From IMG/VR virus record IMGVR_UViG_2933088407_000001, positions 24,120 to 88,119 of that record: a DNA stretch of 64,000 nucleotides. The stretch is one strand, 5' to 3'. The notes beneath the pieces were generated by a model that saw nothing but the letters and a program-made list of their open reading frames with translations, was not told the origin of the DNA and made no database searches. Source of the DNA: a virus (Duplodnaviria; Caudoviricetes). The position numbers and the translations under genes are program-made. Below are positions 18,649-28,349 of this stretch, one piece after another; the first letter of the stretch is position 1, and each line of letters begins with the position of its first letter.

Positions 18649-19604
18649 CTACTCGTCGTCGTGGTCGTGGTGCGTGCGTCGGGCTGCTTGGAGTTGCTTC
18701 ATTGCCTCGGTGGCGGCGTGCACCGTGGCGGGGATGAGCAGGACCTTTTTGCCGCGGCTGCTGGCGTCGTCGTCTTTGAGGGAGTCCTGTTTGTCGGCGA
18801 TGGTCTGGCAGCCGATGCACAGGTGGGTGACGGCGACGTAGGCGTCTTCGGTGTCGTCGTCTCCGCCCTGGTCCCAGTCGTCGGCGCGGGTGCCGCACTG
18901 GGGGCAGACGGTGCGCTGGTAGTCGCGGTAGGCCAGGGCCTTGGCGCGGTCGCGCGGGGTCCATTCGCCGGTGCCGAGTCCGCGGAACTGCGAGTGCGGG
19001 ATGCCCCATCGGTCGCACAGTTCGAGTTCGCCGCGTAGCCGGGCATCGGCGATCAGCCTTTTCCCAGGTCCAGGCGGGACTCCAGCTGGACGTTCCAGGC
19101 GGTGGAGAAGAGGGCGCCGGCTTCGGCGTCGGACCAGGTGTCGAGGAATTCGCGGGCCTGCTCTTCGGTCATGCCGTCGGTGTTGGAGGCGGCGACGAGG
19201 GCGGGCCCGAGGGTGTCGGCGTTGATTTCGAAGCCGTCTTCGGCCTGCTCCTCGGTGGGCGGGTGGGCCTTCTTCAGGGCGTCGAGGTCGGTGCGCTCCA
19301 GGGCCCGGAAGGTGAGCACGATGGATGCGTCGTCCACGGCCTTCTGGGCGGCTGCGACCTTCTGTTCGGCGGCGCGCAGGGCCTTCTTGGCTTCGGGGGT
19401 TGTCTCGTTTCCCTCGTACTGGCGCTGGGTGTTGCGCTGCTCGTAGTGGGCGGTGCCGAGGTTGTTCTTGGCGGCGCTGTCGTCGCAGATGGTGAGGGTG
19501 GCGGTGGGGCGCTGGCGGTTGCGCAGGCGCTCCAGGGTGGAGGCCCAGTGGGCGTCCTGGGCGACGGCGTTGGCCGGGGGCTGGGGCTGGGTGGTGGTGG
19601 TCAT
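18649..19604 (-). CDS. tail assembly chaperone, long form via -1 frameshift
   Basis: Slippery G GGA AAA at 19059-19065. The -1 frame is open to TAG at 18649-18651 (RLIADARLRGELELCDRWGIPHSQF...CPQCG...CIGC). Confidence 0.8.
19053..19604 (-). CDS. tail assembly chaperone, short form
   Basis: Lies between major tail and tape measure genes, starts MTTTTQPQ with GGAG RBS, ends DLGKG*. Confidence 0.85.
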   Translation of the reverse strand: MTTTTQPQPPANAVAQDAHWASTLERLRNRQRPTATLTICDDSAAKNNLGTAHYEQRNTQRQYEGNETTPEAKKALRAAEQKVAAAQKAVDDASIVLTFRALERTDLDALKKAHPPTEEQAEDGFEINADTLGPALVAASNTDGMTEEQAREFLDTWSDAEAGALFSTAWNVQLESRLDLGKG

Positions 19605-19686
19605 GGTGTCTCCAGTGGGAAGGGGCCCGGCCGGCACCGCGGCGCCCCTTCCCAAAAGCGGAGGGCGCCGGCCGGGGGCTGGTGGG

Positions 19687-20160
19687 TCAGGTGGCGGCCG
19701 GGACGGCTGCGCCCTGTACCGGGGTGTCCGTGATGCTGAACTTGGCCATCCACTTGGCGGCCTCGTTGTCGGCGGTGATCTCCGAGCTGCGGGAGGCGAC
19801 ACGCACCGGGTAGACGTCCATGCTGTTGGAGGCGGGGACGTCGCCCTTGCGGAGGATGATGATGAAACCCGTGGTGCCCTTGGCGAGGGACTGCTCGAGG
19901 TCGTCGTCGGTGTCGTCCTCGTAGAACGTCAGCGAGGAGTCGGCGGCCTGGTCGGAGCCGGGGATCTTGGAGTCGAACGTGGACTCCATGTCGGGGGTTT
20001 CGATCTCCTGGTTTTCCAGGGAGAACCCGTCGACCGCGGCGATGGCCTTGGTGAGCTTGGTGGCGCCGGTGATTTCGACGCGGGTGGGGATGTATGTCGT
20101 CGCCGCGATGGTCTCGGCGAACAGGATCTTGGTTACGCCCTTACGGGAAAACCTGGCCAT
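19687..20160 (-). CDS. major tail (tube) protein
   Basis: MARFSRKGVTKILF...IPTRVEI...SKIPG..ADSSLTFYED; synteny. Confidence 0.85.
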   Translation of the reverse strand: MARFSRKGVTKILFAETIAATTYIPTRVEITGATKLTKAIAAVDGFSLENQEIETPDMESTFDSKIPGSDQAADSSLTFYEDDTDDDLEQSLAKGTTGFIIILRKGDVPASNSMDVYPVRVASRSSEITADNEAAKWMAKFSITDTPVQGAAVPAAT

Positions 20161-20278
20161 GAGATGGGCCCCTTGTCCCGGGGCCGGTGGCCCCTTCACG
20201 TCTGTGTGGGTCGTCTCGGCCACGAGGTGGCACGTCCGCGAAAGGGGCCGCCGCGGTGCGGTAATGCCTGACCAGGGG

Positions 20279-20734
20279 TCAAGCTGGGGTCAGGTCGAAC
20301 CTGAACCGCTGCACGTAACTGATGATGCCATCGGCGGGATCATTCATTGCCCCGGGTTCGGTCTCCAGCTCCCGGCACATGCAGCGGACACTGGGCACGG
20401 TGAGGGCGTTGGTCCACTGGCCGGTGGTGGGGTGTCGGGAGAGGAACGCCGTGCGGGCTTTGTCGGCGAGGCCTTCGGCCTGCTCGAGGGTGCCGGCGCT
20501 GCCGGGGCGGGTCTTGTCCGGGGCGGAGACCGAGGTGACCTGGACGACGAGGGACAGGTCCTCGTTCATGTCGGCGTAGAACGCGCCGGAGAGGGAGGAG
20601 TCCAGGGGGGTCAGGACGTAGTAGGCGGTGGCGTTCGCGGCCCCGGCTGGCAGGACGCCCTTGCCGACGGGCAGGCTGGTGGCCGTACCGAGGAGGCTTG
20701 TCAGCGCGTTGGTGACCAGGCGGCGTTCGATCAC
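20279..20734 (-). CDS. tail terminator / completion protein
   Basis: GTG start overlapping the upstream stop; synteny before the major tail gene; YYVL..QVTSV. Confidence 0.65.
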   Translation of the reverse strand: MIERRLVTNALTSLLGTATSLPVGKGVLPAGAANATAYYVLTPLDSSLSGAFYADMNEDLSLVVQVTSVSAPDKTRPGSAGTLEQAEGLADKARTAFLSRHPTTGQWTNALTVPSVRCMCRELETEPGAMNDPADGIISYVQRFRFDLTPA

Positions 20735-21117
20735 CGCAGCACCTCCGCGACGGCGGACAGCATCCCGAACCGCAAGGCCGCTGTCATGGCGGGCAGGGAC
20801 GGCTGCACGTGCGGGTACGGCGGCTGGTTGTATACGCGGCCCAGGCTGTCGGCACCCACGAACCCGAATTCGAGGCGCCGGCCGTAGGGCTCTTCGGTGC
20901 CGATGGTGCACTGCGCGCCGTAGGGCAGGCGGCGCGTCTCGATCTGCCAGCTGTTGCGGTAGTAGCCGGTGATGACGTTCGGCCCGGGGCGCCCGGAGGC
21001 GTGGCCCTTGATCTGCGCGCGCCCGAAGTCGGCTGCGTGCTCGACGCTGTGGGTGATGGCGGGTCCGATGCGGTGCGCGGCCGCCTCCAGCCGGGCGGCC
21101 AGCTGCTCGGGCGTCAT
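20731..21117 (-). CDS. HK97 gp10-like neck protein
   Basis: GRPGPNVITGYYRNSW..YGRRLEFGF..QPPYPH motif. Confidence 0.8.
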   Translation of the reverse strand: MTPEQLAARLEAAAHRIGPAITHSVEHAADFGRAQIKGHASGRPGPNVITGYYRNSWQIETRRLPYGAQCTIGTEEPYGRRLEFGFVGADSLGRVYNQPPYPHVQPSLPAMTAALRFGMLSAVAEVLR

Positions 21118-21563
21118 GCCGCCCCCCGCGGTGCCTGGTTCTGGTCAAGCGGAGTGATCCGTACGACCTCCACCGTGGCGGCGCGGGAGGGGTCCTGGCT
21201 GGTCCATGACCGGCCGAGGAGCGCCAGGTTCGCGGTGTTGTGGACGCCGATGACCTCGATGGTGGCGTCCTTGGGTGCGATGGGGGCGGTGAGGGGGGTC
21301 AGGAGCCTGTAGCGGCTCTTGGTCTCTCCCACCCACATCTGCCCGGCGTCCGGGGTGGCGCTGATCTCGGACTGGGCGGTGCCGCCCTGTACAGCGCCGG
21401 GGCCCTCGTAGAGGACCTCGCCCGGCGGGTATTCGTTCTGGCCGGTGTCGGGGTTGTAGACCGGGCCGTCGGTGGCGGGCGCGGTGATGCGGACCGTGTC
21501 GACGAGGAGGTTGGCGCCGAGCCAGCGGGTGACGCTGGCGAGCGCGGCATCGAGGCCTGCCAT
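21114..21563 (-). CDS. head-to-tail stopper (DUF6093-like)
   Basis: LLVDTVRIT...YNPDTG...LYEGPGAVQ; synteny. Confidence 0.7.
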   Translation of the reverse strand: MAGLDAALASVTRWLGANLLVDTVRITAPATDGPVYNPDTGQNEYPPGEVLYEGPGAVQGGTAQSEISATPDAGQMWVGETKSRYRLLTPLTAPIAPKDATIEVIGVHNTANLALLGRSWTSQDPSRAATVEVVRITPLDQNQAPRGAA

Positions 21564-21943
21564 CAGGCTGCTCCTCTCTCGTCGGCCCACTCCATCAGCT
21601 GGGTGAGCATGGCCCGGGTGAGGGCGTACCGCTCGTCGTCCAGGTCGTCCCGGTCGAGGGCGGCCTGCTCGAGTTGGACGGGGTTCACGGCGCACAGGAA
21701 CGTGCGGATGGTTTCGGCGGGGTCGGGCTGGTCGGCTACCGCGACGTGCGCCAGTCCTTCGAAGGTGGCGCTGGCAGGCTGCCGGATGTGCAGGACCAAC
21801 TGCGGCAGGGACCCGTGGACGTCGTGCTGGAGGGTGTAGCCGATGACGTCGTGCCCGACTTCGGTGCCGTCGAGGCGGATGCTGGCGCTGCCGGGTTGGG
21901 CGTCGATGCGGACGCCGTGCGCGGTGGGCTGCTGGTCGCTCAT
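21563..21943 (-). CDS. hypothetical virion-region protein
   Basis: ATG at 21943, coupled to neighbours on both sides. Confidence 0.65.
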   Translation of the reverse strand: MSDQQPTAHGVRIDAQPGSASIRLDGTEVGHDVIGYTLQHDVHGSLPQLVLHIRQPASATFEGLAHVAVADQPDPAETIRTFLCAVNPVQLEQAALDRDDLDDERYALTRAMLTQLMEWADERGAA

Positions 21944-22782
21944 GCCGGGTCTCCGTCCGCGATGTCGGTCCGGCCAGTGAGGTCGGGGCGGGGGTAGAAC
22001 TCCCGTATGCAGCCGTGATGCGCACTGGGGTAGGTGGCGCATTCGTCGGCGGAGCGGAGGGTGCCGTCGGCGTGGTCGGTGTCCGGATGGCTCGTCCATC
22101 CGCACTCCGGCCCGTCCCGGACCTGCATCCACTCGGCGTCGAGCTCGTCGCGGGCGGTGTTGATCGAGCCGTGGTTGGCGGTGACGACGCCCTGCCAGGA
22201 GAGCGCGGCCGCGGCCCAGGCGTGGACGGGGTGGCGGGCCTGGTTGGAGTAGATGACGGTGTCGAGGGGGTGTTCCTCGAGGAGCCGTTCCGCCTGTACG
22301 CCGAGGACGGAGCGGGCGGCGTCCTGCGCTGCGCGGGCGAAGGCATGGGCGCGGCGGACTGCTTCGGTGATGCGGCGGATCAGGTCGGCCCAGAACGGGG
22401 CGGTCAGGCCGGTGACGGAGGCCTGGTGGCTGGCGGTCCAGGTGAACAGGCCGGCGTCGGCTTCGGCCGCGCGGAGGGCGCGGACGGCTCCGTCGCGGTA
22501 GGCGATGGGGAGGTCCTGGGCCGCCCAGCGTTCGGCGAAGGCGCGGGCGCGGCGGTCGAACTCGCCGACGTCGGCGTTGAACGCGACGAGCGCGGTGCGG
22601 ATCTGCTGCGTGGCCCCGACGGCGCGGCCGCCCTGGATCTGGTCGAGGCGGTCGAGGAGGGTGTGCTGGCTGGTGTGCAGGATCGACCAGGCGGTGGTGA
22701 GCTGCACGGCGCCGGCGGCGATGAGCGTGGTGAGCTCTTCGCGGCCTTGACGGGTGCGGGTGTCGCGTACGGGCGTGGTCAT
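21940..22782 (-). CDS. minor capsid / MuF-like head morphogenesis protein
   Basis: C-terminal DGPECGW...HHGCIREF (C...HxxCxR) signature. Confidence 0.65.
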   Translation of the reverse strand: MTTPVRDTRTRQGREELTTLIAAGAVQLTTAWSILHTSQHTLLDRLDQIQGGRAVGATQQIRTALVAFNADVGEFDRRARAFAERWAAQDLPIAYRDGAVRALRAAEADAGLFTWTASHQASVTGLTAPFWADLIRRITEAVRRAHAFARAAQDAARSVLGVQAERLLEEHPLDTVIYSNQARHPVHAWAAAALSWQGVVTANHGSINTARDELDAEWMQVRDGPECGWTSHPDTDHADGTLRSADECATYPSAHHGCIREFYPRPDLTGRTDIADGDPA

Positions 22783-23117
22783 CGGCGGCGCCTCTCGACG
22801 AGGCGGATGATCCCGAAGCGGCTGTCGCTGTCGTCGCCTGTGTCGGCGGGCTCGTCGGGGGCGGGCGGAGCGTCTTCGGATTCGAGGTAGGCGATCTGCC
22901 GCTCGAGGGCGGCGATGTTGCCTGTTGTGTTGATGTTCACGACGGAGCTGACGCCGATGACGCTGGGCTGCGCGATGAGGTCGGCTTTGCGCTGGTTGAG
23001 GATTTCGATGGCGACGGCGCGGGCTTTGCCGAGGCGGGTATAGCGGGCTTCGAGGTCGGCGAGGTTGGTGTCGGTGCCGAGCTGGGACAGGAGCCAGTTG
23101 CGTGTGGCGTCGTCCAC
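22779..23117 (-). CDS. putative head-to-tail adaptor
   Basis: Helical 112 aa protein, two genes downstream of the major capsid; GGAGG RBS. Confidence 0.6.
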   Translation of the reverse strand: MDDATRNWLLSQLGTDTNLADLEARYTRLGKARAVAIEILNQRKADLIAQPSVIGVSSVVNINTTGNIAALERQIAYLESEDAPPAPDEPADTGDDSDSRFGIIRLVERRRR

Positions 23118-23199
23118 TGCGGCCTCCGGTGTGTGGTGCGGGTGGGAAGGGTGGGGTTGTGCGGGCCCTGGCGCCCCAGCTCAGGGCCCGCACGGTGCG

Positions 23200-23493
23200 T
23201 CAGCTGCCTGCGCCCTCGTCGGCTGCTGACTTCCGGCCCCGAGCCGGTCGGTTGGCCGCCGCCTTCTTCGCGGTGGCCGGCTTGTCGCCCTCGTCGCCGT
23301 CCGGCGACGGTTCGGGCGTGGACTGCTCCTCAGTGGCCTTCTTGGCCGGGGTGGGGAGCTTGCCGTCCTGCCAGCACGCCGGGTTGGTCACCAGCGCCGC
23401 GAGGTGCGGCTCCGGCTCAGACCCTTCGGGCAGGACGGTCATCTGGTGCGTCTCCGGGTCCACGACGTGCGTGGTCGCTGCGAGCCGCGCCAT
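23200..23493 (-). CDS. small virion-associated protein
   Basis: MARLAATTHVVDP..VTNPACW with a low-complexity tail; follows the major capsid. Confidence 0.65.
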   Translation of the reverse strand: MARLAATTHVVDPETHQMTVLPEGSEPEPHLAALVTNPACWQDGKLPTPAKKATEEQSTPEPSPDGDEGDKPATAKKAAANRPARGRKSAADEGAGS

Positions 23494-23495
23494 GA

Positions 23496-24545
23496 TCAGA
23501 ACACCGACGCCGTGACGTGGATGTCCGGGACATACATCACCGGCATGGCGACAGCGGCGCCCTTGGTCCACACCTGGACCGGGTCGTCCTTGTAGCCGTG
23601 GGTGACGACGATGCCGGGGGCTTCCTCCCGCTCGATGGCGGGGTTGCCGCCGGAGGACAGGACCAGGGACTCGGCGGTGACGCCGTACTGCGTCTCGGCC
23701 CACTCCTGCGGGTTCGGGGGCAGCAGGATCCACTTGTTGTCGGGGATGGGGCGGGCGGTGGTGCCGTCGTCCAGGGGGATCTGCACGTCGTAGATCTGGA
23801 TGGGCGGCAGCCCGTAGCGCGCTCTCACGACGTCGACCTCGTTGGGCGCGAGGGTCGCCGTGGGGGTGTTCGACGGGTTCACCGAGCCGTAGTAGGCGGC
23901 GCGATAGGCGTTGTTCGCCATGAGCAGCGCGCGGGCCTTGTAGGAGGTCAGGACGCGGGAGGGAAGAGGCGCGCCGGAGGCCCGGAGCGTTTCGATCCAG
24001 GCCTGCTCGTCGGCGATGGCGTCGGCGGTCGGGTCCGTCCACGCGGTCGAGGCGGTCGGCATGTTCGCCGAGGGAACGCCGGCGTCGTACTCGACGGTCA
24101 GGCCGTTCTCTCCGGAAAGGGTGAACTTGCCGTCGGTGAGGAGGTCGCCGACGGCGAGCTCCAGGCGGGACTTGATGGACTGCACGTGGGCGGCGACGTC
24201 CTGGTAGAGCAGTTCGACCAGTTCGGAGGAGTCGGCGCCGCGGGCGGTGTCGAGGAGGATCTGCTCCAGTTCGCCGACCAGGTACTTCTGGCCGAGCGGG
24301 GGCAGCATGCCCTCGGTGACGATGCGCTGCGCCTCGCGGGTGGCGACGGCGGTCTGCGCGTCCCAGGCGCGGTACTTGGCGGCGGCGACCCGTCGCGAGC
24401 TGCGCTTGATGCGGAACTTGACGGAGTTGATGGCGCGTTCCGGCATGACCGAGAGGGTCAGGGCGTAGTCGGCGGGTGTCTGGACCTCGCGGACGAACGC
24501 GTTGATCGCGGTGGCGTCGATGTCCCTGAGCAGGGCGTCAAGCAT
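23496..24545 (-). CDS. major capsid protein (Phage_cap_E-like)
   Basis: 349 aa; YRAWDAQT, LPPLGQK, ETQYGVTAE, DPVQVWTKGAAVAMPV; synteny after scaffold and decoration genes. Confidence 0.92.
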   Translation of the reverse strand: MLDALLRDIDATAINAFVREVQTPADYALTLSVMPERAINSVKFRIKRSSRRVAAAKYRAWDAQTAVATREAQRIVTEGMLPPLGQKYLVGELEQILLDTARGADSSELVELLYQDVAAHVQSIKSRLELAVGDLLTDGKFTLSGENGLTVEYDAGVPSANMPTASTAWTDPTADAIADEQAWIETLRASGAPLPSRVLTSYKARALLMANNAYRAAYYGSVNPSNTPTATLAPNEVDVVRARYGLPPIQIYDVQIPLDDGTTARPIPDNKWILLPPNPQEWAETQYGVTAESLVLSSGGNPAIEREEAPGIVVTHGYKDDPVQVWTKGAAVAMPVMYVPDIHVTASVF

Positions 24546-24560
24546 GGTGTGTCACCCCTT

Positions 24561-25292
24561 TCAGGAGAAGTTGATGGAGTCGGTGCGGCCGGTGGATGCC
24601 GGGCGCTCGAAGGGGAGGGGGAGCTTGTCCATGCGGACGTCGCCGTGGACGAGCATTGCGGCGCCGCACTTGGTGGAGCCGGGGTTGAACGCGGTCTCGG
24701 TGTAGAGGAGGCCGGCGAAGACCTGGGTGCCGTCGGAGGCTCCGGCCGCGCCTCCGGCGGTGGTAGTGGCGACCGAGACGGCGGGGCTGGAGCCGCCGGT
24801 GAGGGAGGCGCCGGAGGCGGTCATCTGCGCGACGTCGTCGCCGAGGTTCGCGCCGCCGAAGGTGACGGTGTAGGGGCCGCCCGCGGATCCGGTGACGGTG
24901 ACGTCGCCGGGCGCGATGTTGGACAGGGCCTCCAGCGCGGTGCGCACGGTGGCGGCGGTCGCGTTGTAGGCGATGGCGGCGGTGGTCTGCGAGTTCCAGG
25001 TCAGGGTGAACGTGCCGCCCGTGGGCGACCCGGTGATGGTGACGGTCTGGACCTCGTTGGTGGCACCGGCGTACGGCGCGTACAGGCCGGAGGAGGTGAC
25101 CTTGCCGAGCGGCAGGCCGGACTTCAGGCGCCGCATCGGCTGGTAGGCGGTGCCCTCGACCCAGTGGACGTTCTCGGAGAACTTCGTCAGGTCGAGGGTG
25201 ACGGTCTTGTTGGTCTCGGAGCCGTGGAGGGACAGCAGCCAAGGCCGGTCCGCTGTGACGGTCTCACTCGTGGTGGTCGGCTGGATGTCCAC
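24561..25292 (-). CDS. head decoration protein with inserted Ig-like segment
   Basis: SGLPLGKVTSSGLYAPY...DGTQVFAGLL core, interrupted by an NEVQTVTITGSPTGGTFTL domain. Confidence 0.8.
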   Translation of the reverse strand: MDIQPTTTSETVTADRPWLLSLHGSETNKTVTLDLTKFSENVHWVEGTAYQPMRRLKSGLPLGKVTSSGLYAPYAGATNEVQTVTITGSPTGGTFTLTWNSQTTAAIAYNATAATVRTALEALSNIAPGDVTVTGSAGGPYTVTFGGANLGDDVAQMTASGASLTGGSSPAVSVATTTAGGAAGASDGTQVFAGLLYTETAFNPGSTKCGAAMLVHGDVRMDKLPLPFERPASTGRTDSINFS

Positions 25293-25398
25293 GCCGTCCT
25301 CCCCTTTCGCGATGATCGCGGGATGTGTTCGGCTTCACCGCTGGGGTGTCGCGTCCACGTGGGGAGGGCGTGGTCCCTGGCTCTATGGGTGGTGCGGG

Positions 25399-26145
25399 TC
25401 AGGCGGCGTCGGAGCGGGTGCGGAAGCCCATCTGCTCGGCGCGCTTGCGGGCCTGCGCCTTGACGTTGTCCTTGGTGGCTGGAGTGCGCGGCGGCGGTCC
25501 GCCGGCGGGGGATCCGCCGGGAGCGGGCGGCAGCGCGGTCGCGGGCTGGGGGGCGGGGTGGGCGCCGAACAGTTCGGGGCGGCGTTCCTTCAGCTTCTCC
25601 GCGGCCTCGGCCAGCGCGGCATCGTCGGCGTCGTCGGCGACGCGCAGCAGGGCCGCGGCGTCCTCAAGGTCCTCGCCGGTCGCACCAAGTCCGACCAGGA
25701 CGGAGCGGCGGCTGGCGGCGCGTTCCCGGGCTACGGCGGCGGCTTCCTTGGCGGCGAGCTCCTGCTCGCGCTTGTCGAGGGCGGCCTTGCGCTTCTCTTC
25801 CTCGGAGAGCGCTGCTTCCTTGGCCTGGCGGGCGGCTTCGATGAAGGCCTTGGCGTCGTCGGCGCTGCTGAAGCCGTTGGCGGTGGCGAAGTCCTCGAGG
25901 GCCTTGCGGGCGCCGGCGCGTTCACCCTGGGACTTTTCCTTGGCGGCGAGGGCCGCAACTTCGTCCTGGGTGAAGACCTTGGTGGAGGGCGGGGCGGGCT
26001 TGGGAGCCTCGGAGGCGGGCGCCGGTTCGGTGGGCGGGTCGCCGCCGTCGGCGTAGAACGTGTGTGAGTTCGTGGCGTAGGGGTGCGACCAGCCGGCCGC
26101 GTGCGCGGCGGCAGTGTGCGGGTGGTGCAGCGCGGGGCGGCGCAT
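25399..26145 (-). CDS. scaffolding protein
   Basis: FYADGGD, FTQDEV, a coiled coil and LKERRPELF; ATG at 26145 after GGAGG. Confidence 0.8.
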   Translation of the reverse strand: MRRPALHHPHTAAAHAAGWSHPYATNSHTFYADGGDPPTEPAPASEAPKPAPPSTKVFTQDEVAALAAKEKSQGERAGARKALEDFATANGFSSADDAKAFIEAARQAKEAALSEEEKRKAALDKREQELAAKEAAAVARERAASRRSVLVGLGATGEDLEDAAALLRVADDADDAALAEAAEKLKERRPELFGAHPAPQPATALPPAPGGSPAGGPPPRTPATKDNVKAQARKRAEQMGFRTRSDAA

Positions 26146-26173
26146 GGGGCGTAGTCCTCCCACAGGAGAGTCG

Positions 26174-26226
26174 TCAGGCCCCGCGCCTGTGATCAGGGTA
26201 GGCACATTCGTCATCGGGTATTCCCC
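26174..26226 (-). promoter_or_regulatory. putative late promoter with 5' hairpin (scaffold-capsid operon)
   Basis: GGGGAATACCC-N15-TACCCT-N5-CAGGCGCGGGGCCTGA. Confidence 0.6.
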
Positions 26227-28160
26227 CTATCCTGCCCGGGTTTCCCGTTTCCGCTGGTCACGGCTTCCGCCTGGGTCCCGTCGGCGGCTGCCTGATCGTC
26301 AGCTGCGGCCTGGTCTCCGGGGAGCGCCGGGAGGACGACGGCTGGGGCGACGGGGTCGGGGTTGAGGTCGAGGCCGAGGTAGTCGCCGACGGCGCCGCTG
26401 TCGCCGGTGGCATCGGCCAGGGCCTTGGCGGCGTCGAACTGCCTGGACTGGATGCGCTCGATCTCCTCGGCAGCGTCGTCGATCGGGAATCCAGCGTCCT
26501 CGAGCATGCGCACACCCGTCTCCAGGGAGAGGACGCCCTTCTCGACGCCGGTGGTGACCTGCTCGAGGACCGCAGTCTTGTCGGTGGGGGTGTAGGCGCC
26601 GAAGGTGAGCTTCGCGGGCTGCGGTTGGATGCCGGCCCAGTCGGGGTGCTGTCCCGCCAGGAAGAGGCGCTGCACCATCTTCAGGAGCAGGGCGTACTTG
26701 TGGTCGCGGGCCAGGCGCATGGCGGCGACGAGGGAGTCCAGCGGTCCGAGGGATAGCTGGAGGGCGTAGCCGGACGGGACCTTGGAGGGGTCCATGGTGC
26801 CGAGGGCGACGGCGGGGATGCGGGCGACGTTTGCGGTGCGGTCGTGGAGGTCGTGGACGTGGTTGCGGAGTTCGGCGAGGTTGCGGCTGGTGTCGACGGC
26901 GACCATGCCGCCGCCTTCCCCCAGCGTGTAGACGATTCCTGGGCCGACCTCCTCGAGGACGCCGCTGCCGGTGGCGGCCTTGCCCCAGATGCCGATGGGC
27001 GGGGATCCGGTGGTGGCGGAGGCGCGGGCCGAGTCGGTGTCGGAGCCGGCGAGCTCGTCGAGGACCTGGAGGACCTTGGCGAGGGAGGACTGGCCCCAGT
27101 GCTCCTCCGCCGGGGGCACCGTGTTGGGGAGGTGGATGACCGGGATGAAGTCCAGCAGGAGGTCGAGGTGGTCGAGGACTTCGCCGTCGGAGCGGGTCGC
27201 GAACGTCGCGGCGCCCAGCGGAAGACTGTCGACGTCGCAGGGGCCCTTGATGTCGCCCAGGTTCCAGGTGGCGTCGGTCAGGTAGCAGGTGGCAAAGGAT
27301 GGCTGGTCGTTCCAGGCGTACATGCGGGAGATGGCACCGCTGCCGGGGTCGAACATATCGCCGGGGCCAAGCGGCGGGGGCGGCTGCTCGCCTTCGACGG
27401 CGTCCTCGGGCAGTTCGACGGGGAGCGGGGCGCGCACGGCCCGGCCGGCCTGGTCGACGCCGGATGCGGTGGCGGGGCGGATCCAGTCCAGCTCGTAGGT
27501 GATGCGCCGGATCCGGGCCTTGAGGCCGCGCTTGGGGTCCTCGGGCAGTTCCCAGGCGAAGTGGACACGGGTGGGGAACTCGCCACCGTCGTCGTCCTCG
27601 CCGATCACCGGGAAGTAGAAGCCCGGGTCGTGGACGCGGAGGGTGGGCCGGTTCTTGCCGCGGTCCCACGCGAGGCGGTAGACGCCGTCGCCGAGGGAGA
27701 CCGCCTTGCGTTCGGCCTGCTGAAGGCGCATCGGGAGCTGCTCGGCCTCGGACCAGTCGCGCAGCAGCTCCTGCACCTTCGCGGCCATCGCGGTGTCCGC
27801 GTCGGCGGCGTCGGAACCTTCGTGCTCAGCTCCGGGCACGGTGATGGTCTGCTCGCGCCCCAGGACGTGGGCCATGACAGTGTCGATCAGCATGCTGGGG
27901 TCGCCGAACTCCCGGCGGTCCCGCGCGTGGATGTCCCCGCCGACTGCGGCGAGCTCGGCGGCCTGGTTCTGGTCGTACGCAGCGAGGAGCTTGTAGGCGG
28001 CGAGGCGCTTCTCGTCTTCGGCGGGCACCCACATGGCGTGGGCCTCGGTGAAGGCGCGGCGGTTGGGCATGCCGTTCGTGTCGCTGCTGTAGATCGGCTT
28101 GTAGTTCAGCCATGACCAGGCATGGATGACGACCTCGCGGCTTCGCCCGAGCAGGCCCAC
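26211..28160 (-). CDS. portal protein
   Basis: 649 aa between terminase and scaffold; SLGDGVY, IPVIHLPN, WGQSSL, PSGYALQL motifs. Confidence 0.85.
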   Translation of the reverse strand: MGLLGRSREVVIHAWSWLNYKPIYSSDTNGMPNRRAFTEAHAMWVPAEDEKRLAAYKLLAAYDQNQAAELAAVGGDIHARDRREFGDPSMLIDTVMAHVLGREQTITVPGAEHEGSDAADADTAMAAKVQELLRDWSEAEQLPMRLQQAERKAVSLGDGVYRLAWDRGKNRPTLRVHDPGFYFPVIGEDDDGGEFPTRVHFAWELPEDPKRGLKARIRRITYELDWIRPATASGVDQAGRAVRAPLPVELPEDAVEGEQPPPPLGPGDMFDPGSGAISRMYAWNDQPSFATCYLTDATWNLGDIKGPCDVDSLPLGAATFATRSDGEVLDHLDLLLDFIPVIHLPNTVPPAEEHWGQSSLAKVLQVLDELAGSDTDSARASATTGSPPIGIWGKAATGSGVLEEVGPGIVYTLGEGGGMVAVDTSRNLAELRNHVHDLHDRTANVARIPAVALGTMDPSKVPSGYALQLSLGPLDSLVAAMRLARDHKYALLLKMVQRLFLAGQHPDWAGIQPQPAKLTFGAYTPTDKTAVLEQVTTGVEKGVLSLETGVRMLEDAGFPIDDAAEEIERIQSRQFDAAKALADATGDSGAVGDYLGLDLNPDPVAPAVVLPALPGDQAAADDQAAADGTQAEAVTSGNGKPGQDRGNTR

Positions 28161-28178
28161 AGTGGTCTCCGTCCACGT

Positions 28179-28231
28179 TCAGGCCCCGCGCCTGATCACA
28201 GGGTACGGGCGGATCGTGTGGGCGTTGCCCC
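28179..28231 (-). promoter_or_regulatory. putative late promoter with 5' hairpin (portal)
   Basis: GGGGCAACGCC-N15-TACCCT-N5-CAGGCGCGGGGCCTGA. Confidence 0.65.
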
Positions 28232-28349
28232 CGGTGCCGGGGCGGGAGTCTTGCGGGGCGGTTGGCGTGGAGGCGCTTCTCCGCTCGGGTACGGTACGGA
28301 CGGCGCCCCGGCTGCTTTCCTCAGCCGGGGCACCGCTGCGTTTGGCCAC

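Noticed and set aside
18611-19046. ORF-track candidates 18611-19018 and 18699-19046 as the second tail chaperone
   Set aside because: Wrong frames. The protein-like sequence is in the third frame, reached by the -1 frameshift.
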